DNA of 64,000 bases from the human T2T-CHM13v2.0 reference genome, Homo sapiens. Positions 28,791-40,815 of this stretch are shown here, piece by piece; position 1 is the stretch's first letter, and every line of letters starts with the position of its first letter. The notes beneath the pieces were generated by a model. That model was not told the origin of the DNA. It saw only the letters and a list, made by a program, of their open reading frames with translations, and did no database searches. The DNA is taken from the NCBI RefSeq assembly GCF_009914755.1, contig NC_060927.1, one strand, 5' to 3'. The translations under genes and the position numbers were made by a program.

Positions 28791-29913
28791 CTGGCTCAAC
28801 AGTTAGTACACAATTGTTAACACTCTGACAATGACCTGCAGAACATCCCTCCTGGACCCTGACCAGCTCTGCCTTGCTTTGGGTGGTGGGGATAGGGAGT
28901 CTGAGGAACAGTTTCACAAAAAAAGTCTCATGTGACCAGTCTTCCTTTGCAAGGGTGAGCAGGAGCTGGCTTCCCACAAGATGGCATCTGCAAAGACTGG
29001 AGGCACGAGCCAGCCTGGGGAATGTGCAAAGGATAGGTTTGGAGTTGTGAAGAAGCCCACATACTATAATTGAGGACAACGGCTCCTTTTGCCACATCCT
29101 CTCCAGGCCTCGCTTTGCTCCTCTGTAAAATGGGGATGGAGACATTCCTTGCAGGGTGGTGGTGAGGCTCCAAAGGGACTGTGCACATAGAAGCACTTAC
29201 AATTGCCTGACTCTACATAAATCATAACCGTCATCCACTCTTACCCTTCACCTGTGGGATGGTCTTCTAAAGCCCTACGGGCCTTGAAAACCAGCTCCTA
29301 TTTCCTCCTCCCTCTCTTCTACTTCCTATATCCTGGTTCCCTCCGGCCTTCCAGCCCAGCCACAATCACCTATTCATCTTTCTTCTGTCAGACCCTTTGC
29401 AAGCTGCCCCTAAGCCAGGAAGGATTTCTTTACCTGATCATATCATAGCTCTCTTCTCTTCTTTCACCCTAAACAGTTCTCTTTGATTCAGTGACTCCAC
29501 TTCTAGGAATTCATCCTCAGAAGATGCCTGGACATGTGTCCAGGGGTCCACATACAAGAATGTTCATCACAGTGTTGTCTATAATAGCAAAATTCTGGAC
29601 ACAACATAGGTGCCCATGAGAAAGGAATACATTAAGTAAATCATGGCAAAGCCACTTATAAAATATAAGGTAGAAGTATATTTATTGATATTTAAGATGA
29701 CCATTATTACTGAGTGAAAGAAAGGGACAGAAAAACAGAATATCTATTTATCTATCAATCATAGAGAAATGTCTGGAAGGACATTTGACAAAATATTAAT
29801 GGAGATTAGCTTTGTTTTGTGGTGTTTAATTAGAGTTTTACTTTCTTTTTTGTATTTTTCAATACCCCTTGAATTTTCCATAATCATTATATAACATCTC
29901 TATAATTGGGGGA

Positions 29914-30299
29914 TGTGATAGTTTAAGTGCGTTCCCCAAAGTTCATGCATTAGAAACTTAATCCCCAATGCAACAGTGTTGAAAGGTGGGGCCTTTAAGA
30001 GGTGATTAGATCATGGGGCCTCTGACCTCATGAATGAATTAATGTTTTTATCTCCAGAGTGGGTTCATTATGGTGAGATTGGGTTTGTTTTAAAAGTGAG
30101 TTCAGCCCCCTTTTGCTGTCCTTCACGCTTGCCTTTCCACCTTCCACCATGGGATGATGCAGTAAATAGACCCTTGAAAGATGCCAGTGCCATGCTCTTG
30201 GACTTCTCAGTCTTCAGAACTGTGAACGCATACATTTCTCTTCTTATAAATAACCCGGTTTCAAGTGGTCTCTTACAATAGCACAAACAGACTAAGACA
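29914..30299 (+). mobile_element. MST/MLT1A-type MaLR solo LTR
   Basis: ccccaaagttcatg…gaaacttaatccccaatgcaacagtgttg…caaacagactaagaca. Confidence 0.85.
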
Positions 30300-30974
30300 A
30301 TGTGAAAAAAGCTACTTTTATTTTGAAAAGAGAAAAAATACATATATAGTTCCAGCTAAAATCAACCTACTTTGGGCAATCTTCCTGAAAGTCATGTGAG
30401 ACAGGATTGGAGAGTGTGCTATACTTCTGATGACCTGGATCCCCCTCCATGACACCCACCTCTGCTTGGAAACTTTCTAGTGTGGTGAGCTCATTCCTGT
30501 GCCAGACCAAGCTCTATTGGTAACAAACTCGTTCACATTGCACAGGAATCTCACTCTCTGTCCTAAGTGTTCTGCCTTCTGTGCCTCACAGAAAAAGCCC
30601 AATGCTCCCCTCTCCCCCACACGCTTGTCTCCACCCAAGCCACTCAACAAATAACATGATTTCCTGCGATATGTCCCATTCTAGGCAGAGCATGAGTAAA
30701 GGCCTGGAGATGTGCAAACAAGTGTCCCATTTCAAAGATGTTGTGGACTTGTCAGGCATAGCATGGAGAGATGAGGACAGGGTGAAACTGGAGAAGTCAA
30801 CAAATGCCATGCACAGTAGGGAGACTAGCCATTACCTTGCAGAGCTGTGTCTCTCCCCCATTTTGTGTTCGTAATACCTCAAACACTAACATTTTTGGCA
30901 TCATTCTTGAAGGAATGAAAAGACTCAAAAACATCTCCAAACAAGTTGTGATTATTTCAGTCCATGCCCTACTG

Positions 30975-31345
30975 GCATCTGTTAGAATGGACTGAGTTAT
31001 GCTCAGTAACAAACATGACCAGTGTGCCATAGCTTAAAACAAAGGCTTACTTCTCACTGATGCTACATGTCCATCATGGGTTGGCTGTGAGCTCTGCCCT
31101 GTGTCATTCTCACTCAGAGAACCAGATTGAGGGAGGTTCCATCTCCATGCTGCCTTGATTGCCAAGAGAAGAAATGGGGAAAAATAGCAAACAGCATGGT
31201 GGTTATTAAAGCTTCCATCCAGAAATGACACATGTCACTTTTCAAAGCTCATTGGCCAAAGTAAGGCATGTGGCTATGACTAATGTCAAAAGAGGTAAAC
31301 CAATTCAATTTATCATGTGGCTAGAGAGTAAGGAACTGGAGATAT
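30975..31345 (-). mobile_element. Old MLT1 LTR (reverse)
   Basis: gcttaaaacaaaggcttacttctcact…ttaaagcttccatccagaaatgacacatgtcactt…attggccaaag. Confidence 0.6.
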
Positions 31346-31931
31346 TTCTATAGCACGAATGACTAACCAAACCAAATTAGTACACTAAAAAGAAGAGAGA
31401 GAAGAGGAAGAGGGGGAGGAGGAAGAGGACAAGAAAGGCACTGATTTGCTGAGAGAGTAGAACTTTCCTGGCCTCATGCTCTTATCTACTCCTGATGGCA
31501 GCGTTGGAGAAATTCCATTCAATGTGGCATCTGTCTCTATACCAGTCTCATATACGAAGCCTCTTATATCCCACCTATATGCTGCACCCTCCTTATACCC
31601 TCACCCTTCATGGTTCACCCAGTTCTATATTATGACTGCTAGATGTTCACTTCAACAGTTCATTTCTCCAAATAGCGCCAAAAGCAGATTTTTCAAGTTA
31701 ATCACGAGTTGACAGCCTACCATGAGTTTCTGAGAAACACTGAACAGCAATCACTTAGGCAAGGTGGCCTCATCCTAGAGAGTTGTTTTCATTGTGGTTG
31801 TACCCATCGTTGTTGTTGAGGAGTGACAGTTTGTATTTCATAAGAAACGCATTCATCCAATGTACATTTATTAACCACCTACTATGTGCCCAGGTCTGAG
31901 GATGCAATTTTTTTTTTTTTTTAAGACAAGA

Positions 31932-32131
31932 CCCATCATTTCTTTTGTTTGCAACTTAGGTTTGCTTCCTATTTCTCGGGTTGCAGAGCCCTCTGGAAGC
32001 CTGAGGAAAGCTATGCAGACCCTCTCCGTATGCCCCTGCGAAATGCCCAGCCTTACAGACTGTTATGTATGATGGAAGAAAGGTGGTCACAGGTTTTAGC
32101 ACAAACATCTCCAGTCCTCTATCACTCTTCA
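31932..32131 (+). repeat. Copy 1 of a 200-bp local direct duplication
   Basis: Ungapped match to 33205-33404 at offset 1273; about 24 mismatches by hand count (~88%). Confidence 0.95.
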
Positions 32132-33204
32132 CACACATCTACTATGTGCCTACGTCTGAGCATACAAATTTTTTTTTTTGAAAAAGAAAAGAGCCAGTCA
32201 GTCTCACCTTCTGCGAAACATAGTGACAACTGGACAACAGATACTGAGGCCCAGTTTTACTTTTTTGGGTACTCCTTGTTCTTCTCACAACCTCCCCCTT
32301 ATCAGGGCCTAACATTTCACTGTTTTCCAGTCTCCCAACCTCATGAAGCCAGGAAGTAGCTGATAGCAACATCTTCATACCAGTGGGCTTCCCGCTACCC
32401 AGAGTGGCTACCACAGCAGTGAGAGCAGCTTGGAACTGAAAACCCAAGGAACGGATTTGAGATCTGGCTTCATTAATGAGTAGCCACCTTGTAGGGGAAA
32501 GGAAGTGGTATTTAGCCACATCACAGGCTTGCTGTGAGGACTAGAAGGTAAAAATTATATGTGAAAAGTGCTCTGTAAATTACAAGGTGATCACGATAGT
32601 AACACTAATAGCTGACATCCGAAAGTGCTTACCGCGTGTGCCAGGCACTATTCTGAGACTTTGACTTGTCTTAGTCCTTGTCATTCTCCCAAAAGTACTC
32701 ATGAGGCAGGCACTCTTAGGATCGCTTTTATAGATGAGGAAACTGAGACAGACAGAGCTGAAGCCACTTACCCAAGATCACAGCGACACAATTAGAAAGC
32801 ACTGACTCGTTCCCAGGCAGAATGGTATAGAGAGGATGGAGCATCGCACAGGTGCAGCTCATTGCTGATGTTTGTCTTTGCACACGGACACACTAAAAGG
32901 ACCTGTTCAGCCTTTCCAGGTTCATCTGCTTGCACGGTCATTCACTTGGGCTCTGCCCAGCACAATCTTTGGTCATTTTCCTAAGTCCCACTTTTTATTT
33001 TTAAATAAGGAACCGGGTCATTACATCTCCCCAGAATCCTGCCTAGATGTTATGTTACAGTGTCACAGTATTTATAGCACCTGAGCTGCTGCTGGAAAAA
33101 ACAGGGACGCATTTTCTGTCCCTGTCATATTCATTCTCCTAAGACCAATGGATATTCCCTTTACTCTGTAATGAGATTAGCGGAGGCTTGTGCATTCCCC
33201 CACT

Positions 33205-33404
33205 CCCATCATTCCTTTTCTCTGTAATTTAGGTCTGCTTCCTATTTCTCGGGTCACAGAGCCCTCTGGAAGCCTGATGGAAGCTATGCAGCCCCTCTCC
33301 TTATGGCCCTGTGAAATGCCCAGCCTTACAGACGGTTATATATGAGGGAAGAAAGGCGGTCACAGGCTTTAGCACGAACATCCCCAGTCCTCCGTCATTC
33401 TTCA
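33205..33404 (+). repeat. Copy 2 of a 200-bp local direct duplication
   Basis: Ungapped match to 31932-32131. Confidence 0.95.
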
Positions 33405-33991
33405 AAGGTCTCTCCCCTGGAGACAATCCTCAGCGGCTCACTCCAGCCTTTGCCCGCCCCTTTCCTGGCTCCACCCTCAGGAGGCGGGGTGTCTTCTCTT
33501 ATTGGTCAACTTGGGAAGAGGGATGGGCTACAATCAGCGTCTCTGCCCTTTCTCCTCCTGGGAGGGAGTCCTGCGCGCAGAAAGCTTGTCCTGGCTGTGC
33601 CCTCTGTACCTGAGTGAAGCCTACCTGGGCAGGACCTCCACATGGTCTTCCTTCTAGGGAATCAGTTAGTAGGCCCCCATTTGACCCTCACCCTCACATG
33701 AAGCCAGGACCTCCAACTTTGCTTCTATTCTATTAGGGAGAAAATTTATATTCGGCTCCTCTACCTGCCACTCATTTGTTCCTCAAATTGTTGGAGGAGT
33801 GTGGAAGAGAGATGCTATTTATGGGGCCCACTCCCACACCATCCCAACATCTGCCATTTCCTAGAACTCCGGATCAGCACACACCTTTTAGCCCGCACAG
33901 CCATTCTACTTGAGTGATTCTGGCTGGGCAGTTTATGGAAATCTCTTCGAGTCTCAGTTTCCTCATCTGTCAAATGGGGATTGTAATAACC

Positions 33992-34513
33992 ATGTTTTCT
34001 AGCTTCTGCATTTGATGCTTTGACATCTGGGGCCTTGCTAACCCTGGAGGGGCTGTCCCTCCCAGAGAGAGCCAATTACTTGACATAGTGAATGACTGGC
34101 CCATGAGGGCCCCTTTCATAAATGCTCAGCCCATCTTCCCAACCGCTTCCTTTATGGAACCCCTGCCCACTGGGCCACACTGCCCTGCCCTAGTCACCCG
34201 GGGGCAGGTACCATACTACTAGGAACAGCCACTGTGTCCCAGAGCCTGCTGAAACTATTCAAAGTAGCCAACCCCGAGCCTGCTTACCCTGCCTCACCCA
34301 TCCCTCCCTGTGGAGGCCACAGTAAAGGCTCTTACCCCATCTTCCCCTCACTCCCTCTGCCTCCTGACTGACCCTAGGGCTTCCCCATGTGGCCCTGTGT
34401 GGCATAGCATGTCCTCGCCTCTTAGGAATCTCAAGTAAAATTCTTTTTAGAGGCCATCATTTCCTGAGTGGTTGGCCTCGCCATAACTGAATAATAATAA
34501 AACCTATATTTTA
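33992..34513 (+). mobile_element. ERVL-class LTR (MER54/MER74-like) inserted in a MIR
   Basis: gatgctttgacatctggggccttgctaaccctggagg…cccctcccag…agccaatt; MIR halves at ~33920-33990 and ~34515-34610. Confidence 0.65.
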
Positions 34514-34710
34514 AAATGATGATAATATCACCTACGTCTTAGGACTGCCATGAAAATAGATACACATGGAAAAGCATCTCACATAGCAAGTGGCATATGG
34601 CAGGGGCTTAAAACCATGCTAGTTTCTCTTCTCTCTGCCCTATCCATAGCTCTTCTCTTCTTTCTACCTTTTTCTTCACCCACCTCTTCCCTGCTGTCTC
34701 CTTCCAAGTA

Positions 34711-34864
34711 TCAGCTACCTAATTTGTGGGACCCAGTACAAAATAAAAACGTGTAGCCCCCTGTTCAAAAACTGCTAAGAATTGCAATACGGTGACTGCA
34801 GAGCATTAAATCTAGCGGGAAAGCCCTTCTTAGCACAGGCCACACATCCACAAAGCTGGCCCTG
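34711..34864 (+). mobile_element. MER45A-like hAT-Tip100 element
   Basis: taatttgtgggacccagtacaaaataaaaa…ccctgttcaaaaa…cagagcattaaa…aagctggccctg. Confidence 0.75.
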
Positions 34865-37849
34865 CTCCCTCCTCCTTCCCATCCAATTCTCTTCTGCTTC
34901 CCAAATATTTCTAGCCTGATTTTTCAATCCCAAGGCCCCAATAGTTAGCTCCCTTTTTTGGGTTCAGTTAGCAGATTCTAATTTTTAGATACCATAAAGC
35001 TTCAATAATTCCACTTAATTGGAGAGGGTGGAAAGGAGGCCAGTTTGAATTAATGAAAAGTCTGAGAAATAAGACATTACTAAAGAAATGCAGTTTTATT
35101 ACTCTGCAACAGATTTATATGACAACAGGGGAGATACAAAGAAGATGGAAGGGAGGAGGAAGTTAGAGTTTCTTGTATGCAATTTAACACAAAGAAAAGA
35201 TTTAATTTATAATAAGCATATTCTCTTATTTGCAAATTATGCTACTAAAAATCCTCTCCCTTAAGTAGGTTAATATTTCTCTTGCTGGCAATCAGTTTGC
35301 TTAGTGAAACTGTTCTGCTGTTACAAATGCTAGCAAAATTCTTCTGCAGTGATTCCATATAACAAAAAGATTTCCATGACCTTTCAGGCAGTCCATAGTA
35401 TGGACTGGGTTATAGCAAATTCTTATCAAGAGAAATCCTGCACAACAAATTCTCTCTTTGCTCTCTACCTACAGAACAGTCAAATCTTCCAAACATCCTT
35501 CTAAAATTCAGAACTTACCATGTCCCATAGCACCAGGCTTAGACTTAATCTCTGCTGACTCCTGCTGTTTCAGACCTAACTCTTGTCCTGTTGCCATTGG
35601 ATCTGGACCTATTGTGGGGGTGGTATTCCTAAATAGATCGTATACCCCTACACCTCCAAGCCCTAGCAACCTGGACCTGTAATGTCCTCCCCACAGTCTG
35701 TCAAAGTCATAACTCATGTTTCAAGGTCCAGGTTACAGGTTTCCTGCTCCAGAAAGCTGCCTCTGATTTTTCCAGGCAGACTCTGTCTGCTCCCACTGCA
35801 CATCTATTACATCGTTTGTGCTACTGCCTACAAGTCCTCTTGGAGACAGTGCAAGCACTTGGACTCTGGGTCTCACCCATTTCTAGGGAAGCATGGTAGC
35901 CCAGCAGGTCAGTAGCAGAGGTGGTCCCAGCTCTACTACTAACCAGCTGCATGTAGATGGTAACACCGGCTTCATAGCATTGTGAGGATTAAATCAGATG
36001 AAACCCCAAAAGCGCTTCGTACACAGCCTGGCAAAAAATAATTGCTCAAAAAATATTAACCTTTCTCCCCAGACACTGGTATATAAACTCCACAAGGTTG
36101 CAGAGTGGCCCTGCAGCCCAGTGTGGTTGGACCTTCCTGGTTTATGCTCTGTGGTCCTGGTATTTTTATTAATCGTGCCCTCTCTCACTCTCAAGGTATC
36201 TCAGTTTGGATGACAAACTATATAGCCGGCCTACGTAGCTGGGACCAGGTCTGTTTTATTTAGTAATATGCCTCTGGCACATCAAACAGTGCTGAGCACA
36301 TATTAGGTTCTTAATACAAATTTATCAAATGAACAAATGAGTGTGTCTCTGAGAGTGCTTAGTAAGTGCTTGCACCTGGTAGGAGCTTGATTTCCGCTAG
36401 CTGTGGTTGATCTCTCTGTATTTCTAAGTGCCTCCTGACTCACAGAAGGCAAGAATCAAGGCTTAGGGAGTGAGTGAGTGAGTGAATGAATGAATGAATG
36501 AATGAGCCTCACCCCTCTGCCATCTCCTCTGTTGCCAATAGTACCCCTGGGGGAAGGAATGACCTCGCACAGAGGTGTGGAGAAGAGTGGTACAGATGGA
36601 GGAGGACTGAAGATGATGCTGTTCCCACCAGACTGTATGCAGAGGGGGCCTCTTCCTGGCGCCATGGCTGGGTTTTGTCGTCATTTCCGTTAGACATCAG
36701 GTATTGGTTTCTGCCATGGCAGCAGCAGGAAATCACAGCCCAGAGTTAGCCCACCCAGTGGCTCCAGTGGGCTTCTGAGGGCATTGGGATATCTTGTCTC
36801 TACCTAACATTCTATAGACAGGCACAGATGCTCAAGAGCCCAGCAGGTGCTGCCCCCTACCAGCCCACACAGAGAAGAGGAAGGCCACGGGAATGATTAA
36901 CCCTCTCTGGCTTCCCTTCCAGGGCTCAGAAAGGAAATTACACCAGCTGGTAGCCAAAATGTTTTGGATACAGACCATACACTAAGCATGGGCATAACAG
37001 TGAGAACTTTAAGAATATTAACTCATTCAGCCATTAGAGTAGCCCTAGAAGGTGGGGAAACTGAGTCAGAGAGGGGAAGCGACTTGCCAGAGGTCACACA
37101 GCTAGTAAGAGACAGTGTCCCAGAGCCCAAATCCCTCAGATGTAGGAACCAAACAGCAGTCCTCTCCATCCACTCTAACCCGTTATAAGAAAGCCCAGTT
37201 TTCACTCCTGCCCCCTGCTGTGTGACCTTGAGGCCAACTCACCCTCTCTGGGCCTCATGTCCCTTTCCCAAGGCTAATGTTCTAGGAAGCAGTGCTTCTA
37301 CAGCTAGGACATCACCAAAGGCCAGAGTATCCCGTCCTCCTGAGGCCTCAGGGCAAGGAGGGGTGGCCAGGCCCTGGGTGAGTCCCAGTGTCCCGAAACA
37401 TGCTATACTGGCTCGTCCTGAGGGCCTGAGGCAACTGCCCAAGTCCACCTTCCGAAGGAGGCTTAGGCACTGGGCTGAAAAATCACGCTGTGGATCTGAG
37501 GACCCACTGAATGTGGGACTTCCGAGCTCTTGTGTCACCAGGTGGGGGACCCGTGCGTGCTTGGGGTTAGGGCTGTGGCCAGGGGGGCCAGGAGGAGGGG
37601 AGCTAGGAAAAGGTGAGGCTGGAGATGCGGAGAGCACTTGGCAGAGATGCTCTCCTAGCTCTCCTGGCTCCTGTGCTCTTAGCAGCTGCAAATCACGTTT
37701 GGGGAAGGGAGAAGCCCCCAGCCTAGGGTGAGTCTCTGCAGCTCTCAACCTGTCCCGAGCCTGCAGGAACTAGAGCCAGGAGAAAGGGGGCCCCCACACT
37801 GAGGAGAAGCCAGGTGGGGAAGTCGGAGCCATCTGGGAAGAAGAAATAG

Positions 37850-38600
37850 GGGGTTCTAGCGTCCCGGACGCCCCCCCAGCTCCGGGGCTGCTCCGAGCCC
37901 GGAAAGTTTTCGCGCAGCAGGCGCAAGGCGCGCCCCCTTCCCTCACCCGCAGGCGCCGGGTCCGCGGACGCCCACCCCGGCCCGCCCCGCCCGCCGCCTG
38001 GTGCCCGCTCAAGGTCACTGCTGACAAGGCGCCTGCCTCCGCGGGGCGAAGGGACCAAGACACGCTCCGGCTCACGCTCCCGCCCTGGCCCGGCGGGGGT
38101 CTCCGGGGCCGAGCGCCCGCGGAAGGGAAGCCAGCAGGGAAAGTGACAAGAGACCGAGCGAGAGGGGAAGAGGCCCAGAGCCCGGGCCCGGCCGCCCCTG
38201 CCTCACCTGCGCCGGCTCCGAGAGCGAGATGCTGCCGCCGCCGCTGCCGCTGCCGCTGCCGCTGGTGCGCGCCCGGCCCGGCCCGGCCCCGCTGCGGCTG
38301 CGGCTCCTCTGCCGCGGCTGCCCCGCGCTCGCCTGCCCCGCGGCCCCGCCGCCGCCCGCCCGCCTCCCTCCCTCCGCCGCCGCCTCTGCCACCGCTGCAC
38401 TGCGCTCTGCCCGCCTCCCCCTCCCGCCCTCCCTGCTCACTCCTCCCCGCGCGCTCCCCCTCGGCCCTCCCCAAACTCCTCACGGAGAGCGCCCCGCGGG
38501 ACCGGAGCGCGCGGTCCCGCCCGCGTCCTCCTCCGCGCGCACCAGTGGGGCTGCGGGGAAGGGTATCCAGTCTTGCCCCGGGGCGTGTCTCCAGGTACCT
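37850..38600. promoter_or_regulatory. CpG island / promoter
   Basis: Abrupt switch to very GC- and CpG-rich sequence in an otherwise CpG-depleted window. Contains several CCCGCCC (Sp/KLF) boxes and no interspersed repeats. Confidence 0.93.
38207..38440 (-). other. Non-coding first exon (5' UTR) of a minus-strand gene; TSS position uncertain (~38300-38450)
   Basis: Plus-strand cctcacctg (38201-38209) reads CAG|GTGAGG on minus, a near-consensus U2 donor at the downstream side of the CpG island. There is no minus-strand ATG in 38207-38460. The minus strand is G-rich, as typical downstream of a TSS. Confidence 0.7.
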
Positions 38601-40489
38601 CCATCAGCACAGGCCCCTGTCCCCGCCCCACCCCCACAGCCAGCCTGGCCCTGGGAGGCATCCTCCCCATTCTTCCCCAGGGGTCAGGGTGCCCCAAGCC
38701 TCCCCAGCACACCCGAGCCTGTGAACTGGCCACACGGGGTGGAGCGAATTGGCTGTGGAGTGAATTGGGTGTGGAGTAGGCAGATAGGGAGACCCGCTTT
38801 GGAGGAGGGGACCGCTGGTCCAATCCCTGGGAGCTTAGCCTAAGGGCCCTCAGAGGCGAGAAAGGTTAGGGCAGCAGGCAAGGACACGCTTAGCCCCCCA
38901 GCCTCCAGTCTGGCCCTGCTTAGGGCCAGGAGGAGTCCAGGACAGTGGCCCTGCCTGAGGAGAAAGTTGAAAACCCCAGACACGCACCGAAAGCACCTCC
39001 CCAAAGCAGGCTTCCCCTCCTTGGCTCAGGCCCCAGGTCTTGAAAAGCCGAGCTCCACCAGGAAGCCAGGCCACCTGACTCCCAGTGCCTGGGTCTGCTC
39101 CATACCATCAATTAATCATGCCGGCTTGTTTATTTATTTATTGGCTTTATATAAAGCCAAATGCACTGCTCGCAGGAAGTGAGGAGATGGGGAGGGGAGG
39201 GCCTGACCATAGTAATTCCCCTTCCCAGGCCTTGCTCTGACGAGTTGAAGAGCTTGGGGGGACCCTGGGGTCTCAGTATCTGGAACATCTGCTTCCTGGG
39301 AGTGGCAGGGATGCCCATTCATAGGGCCAAAATTCAACATGGCCTGCTCTCTGCAGCCCTGGGATGGGGCAGAGGACATTCACGCCTGGAGGCTTAGGCA
39401 TAGGAAGGAGAGAGGGGGCCAGGGAGGCCAGTGGAGAAGGCGATCCAGCAGGTGTGACAGGGGTGTCTCCAGGCCCTTCTTGGCCCAGAGCACTCCCTTC
39501 TCGCTGCTTGGCGCTCAGCTTGGCAGGCAGCACTTGCATCTCCTGCCGCGGCCCTGTCCTCTCCCTGGGCACCCAGAGGACATCACCCCAGGGATGCACC
39601 CAATCCATATCTCCTCCCACCATCCTCGTGCCAGCTAATGGCACTGCAGTGCCTCCAGATGGCCAGCTCCAGGCACTGTCCCTCAGCCCACCCCAGCACC
39701 ATGTCCTCCCTGACGGGGCCTGGAATCTGCTCTTCTCTCTGTTGAAGGGCTCTTCTTCAGGTCCCTGACACCTCTTTTCTGGACTCTCACAGCGCCATCC
39801 TCTCTGCCTCCATTCTGCTGCCACGCTAGCCTTCATCATGCCCAGTCCTGCTCTAAAACACTTCATAGCTCCCCAGTGCTCTCAGAAGTCTCACAGCCCC
39901 AGTATGCCATGCAGGGCCTTTCACACTCTGGCCTCAAGTGCCCTTTCCACTCCTTCCCCACCTGGGTTGCCAGTGCCCCTCCCAGCACACCCTTAGCACT
40001 GTACCATGTCTTCCTCTCTCTTCTTTTCCTCCTGTGAAATGCCTTTCTCCTCTCTCAGTCTCTGCCCAGCCACAATGCTGAGGCTTGGCCTTAATTACTA
40101 TCTTTTATGAAACCTTCTGAAACCAGCAAGCAAATTGAGAAGGCAAAAAGAATAGGCATGAAAAGCCGCACCATGAGAGGTAGCTCAGTGCAAAAGTGAG
40201 TGACACCACAAAAGTCCTAGTGACAAAACTCACCTTGGGCATAGCTTCAACTCTGAGCCCGTTGGTTCATCTGTTAAAAGGTGATAGGTTCCACAGCCTC
40301 ACCCAGGATAAGCACTCAGTAAATGGGGGCTACAGTTCTTTTTCAGCATCTACTGTATGCCAAGGCTCTGAGATTTATAGATTATTGGGTAGGGACTTGG
40401 GGGATGGCAGGGATTTCAAACTCAAATATGTAGAAGGACCAGGCATTACCTAGGGAGGTGGGCTGGTTCTGGCTTATGGCTTTCTCCTC

Positions 40490-40815
40490 TGGAATCTACC
40501 AATAAGAAAAAGCAACAGTGTATGTGAGGTGGCAAACAGCAGCAGGCACTGGCTCTGTATGGGGAGGTAATAGGGAGTAGTGCGGACTGTGGCATCTGTG
40601 GTGTCAAATGGGTACAGCCACTACCCAACTCCACTGGATGGTGGCTAAGCAGGGATGTGGGCCTGGACTGCCAGTTTTCCATTTTTTTCCAGAGAAGGTG
40701 GACATCTGGATTTCTATGTGAATACTCTTGGTTTTTAAATGTCACCAACTGATAAAAAAAATTTTAAACTTTGAGAAGGTCAAACAGAGTTATAGCTGCC
40801 ATAGTTTTGGCTAGC
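40490..40815 (+). mobile_element. MER102-like hAT-Charlie remnant
   Basis: gggatgtgggcc…tgccag…tttttccagagaag…atctggatttctatgtgaa…tttttaaatgt. Confidence 0.55.

Noticed and set aside
37723-38843. Long overlapping ORFs (111-237 aa) on both strands, including ATG-initiated MLPPPLPLPL… at 38229
   Set aside because: Stop-codon scarcity in the GC-rich island leaves most frames open. The translations are low-complexity Pro/Ala/Gly/Arg with no recognisable domain, and most lack a true ATG start.
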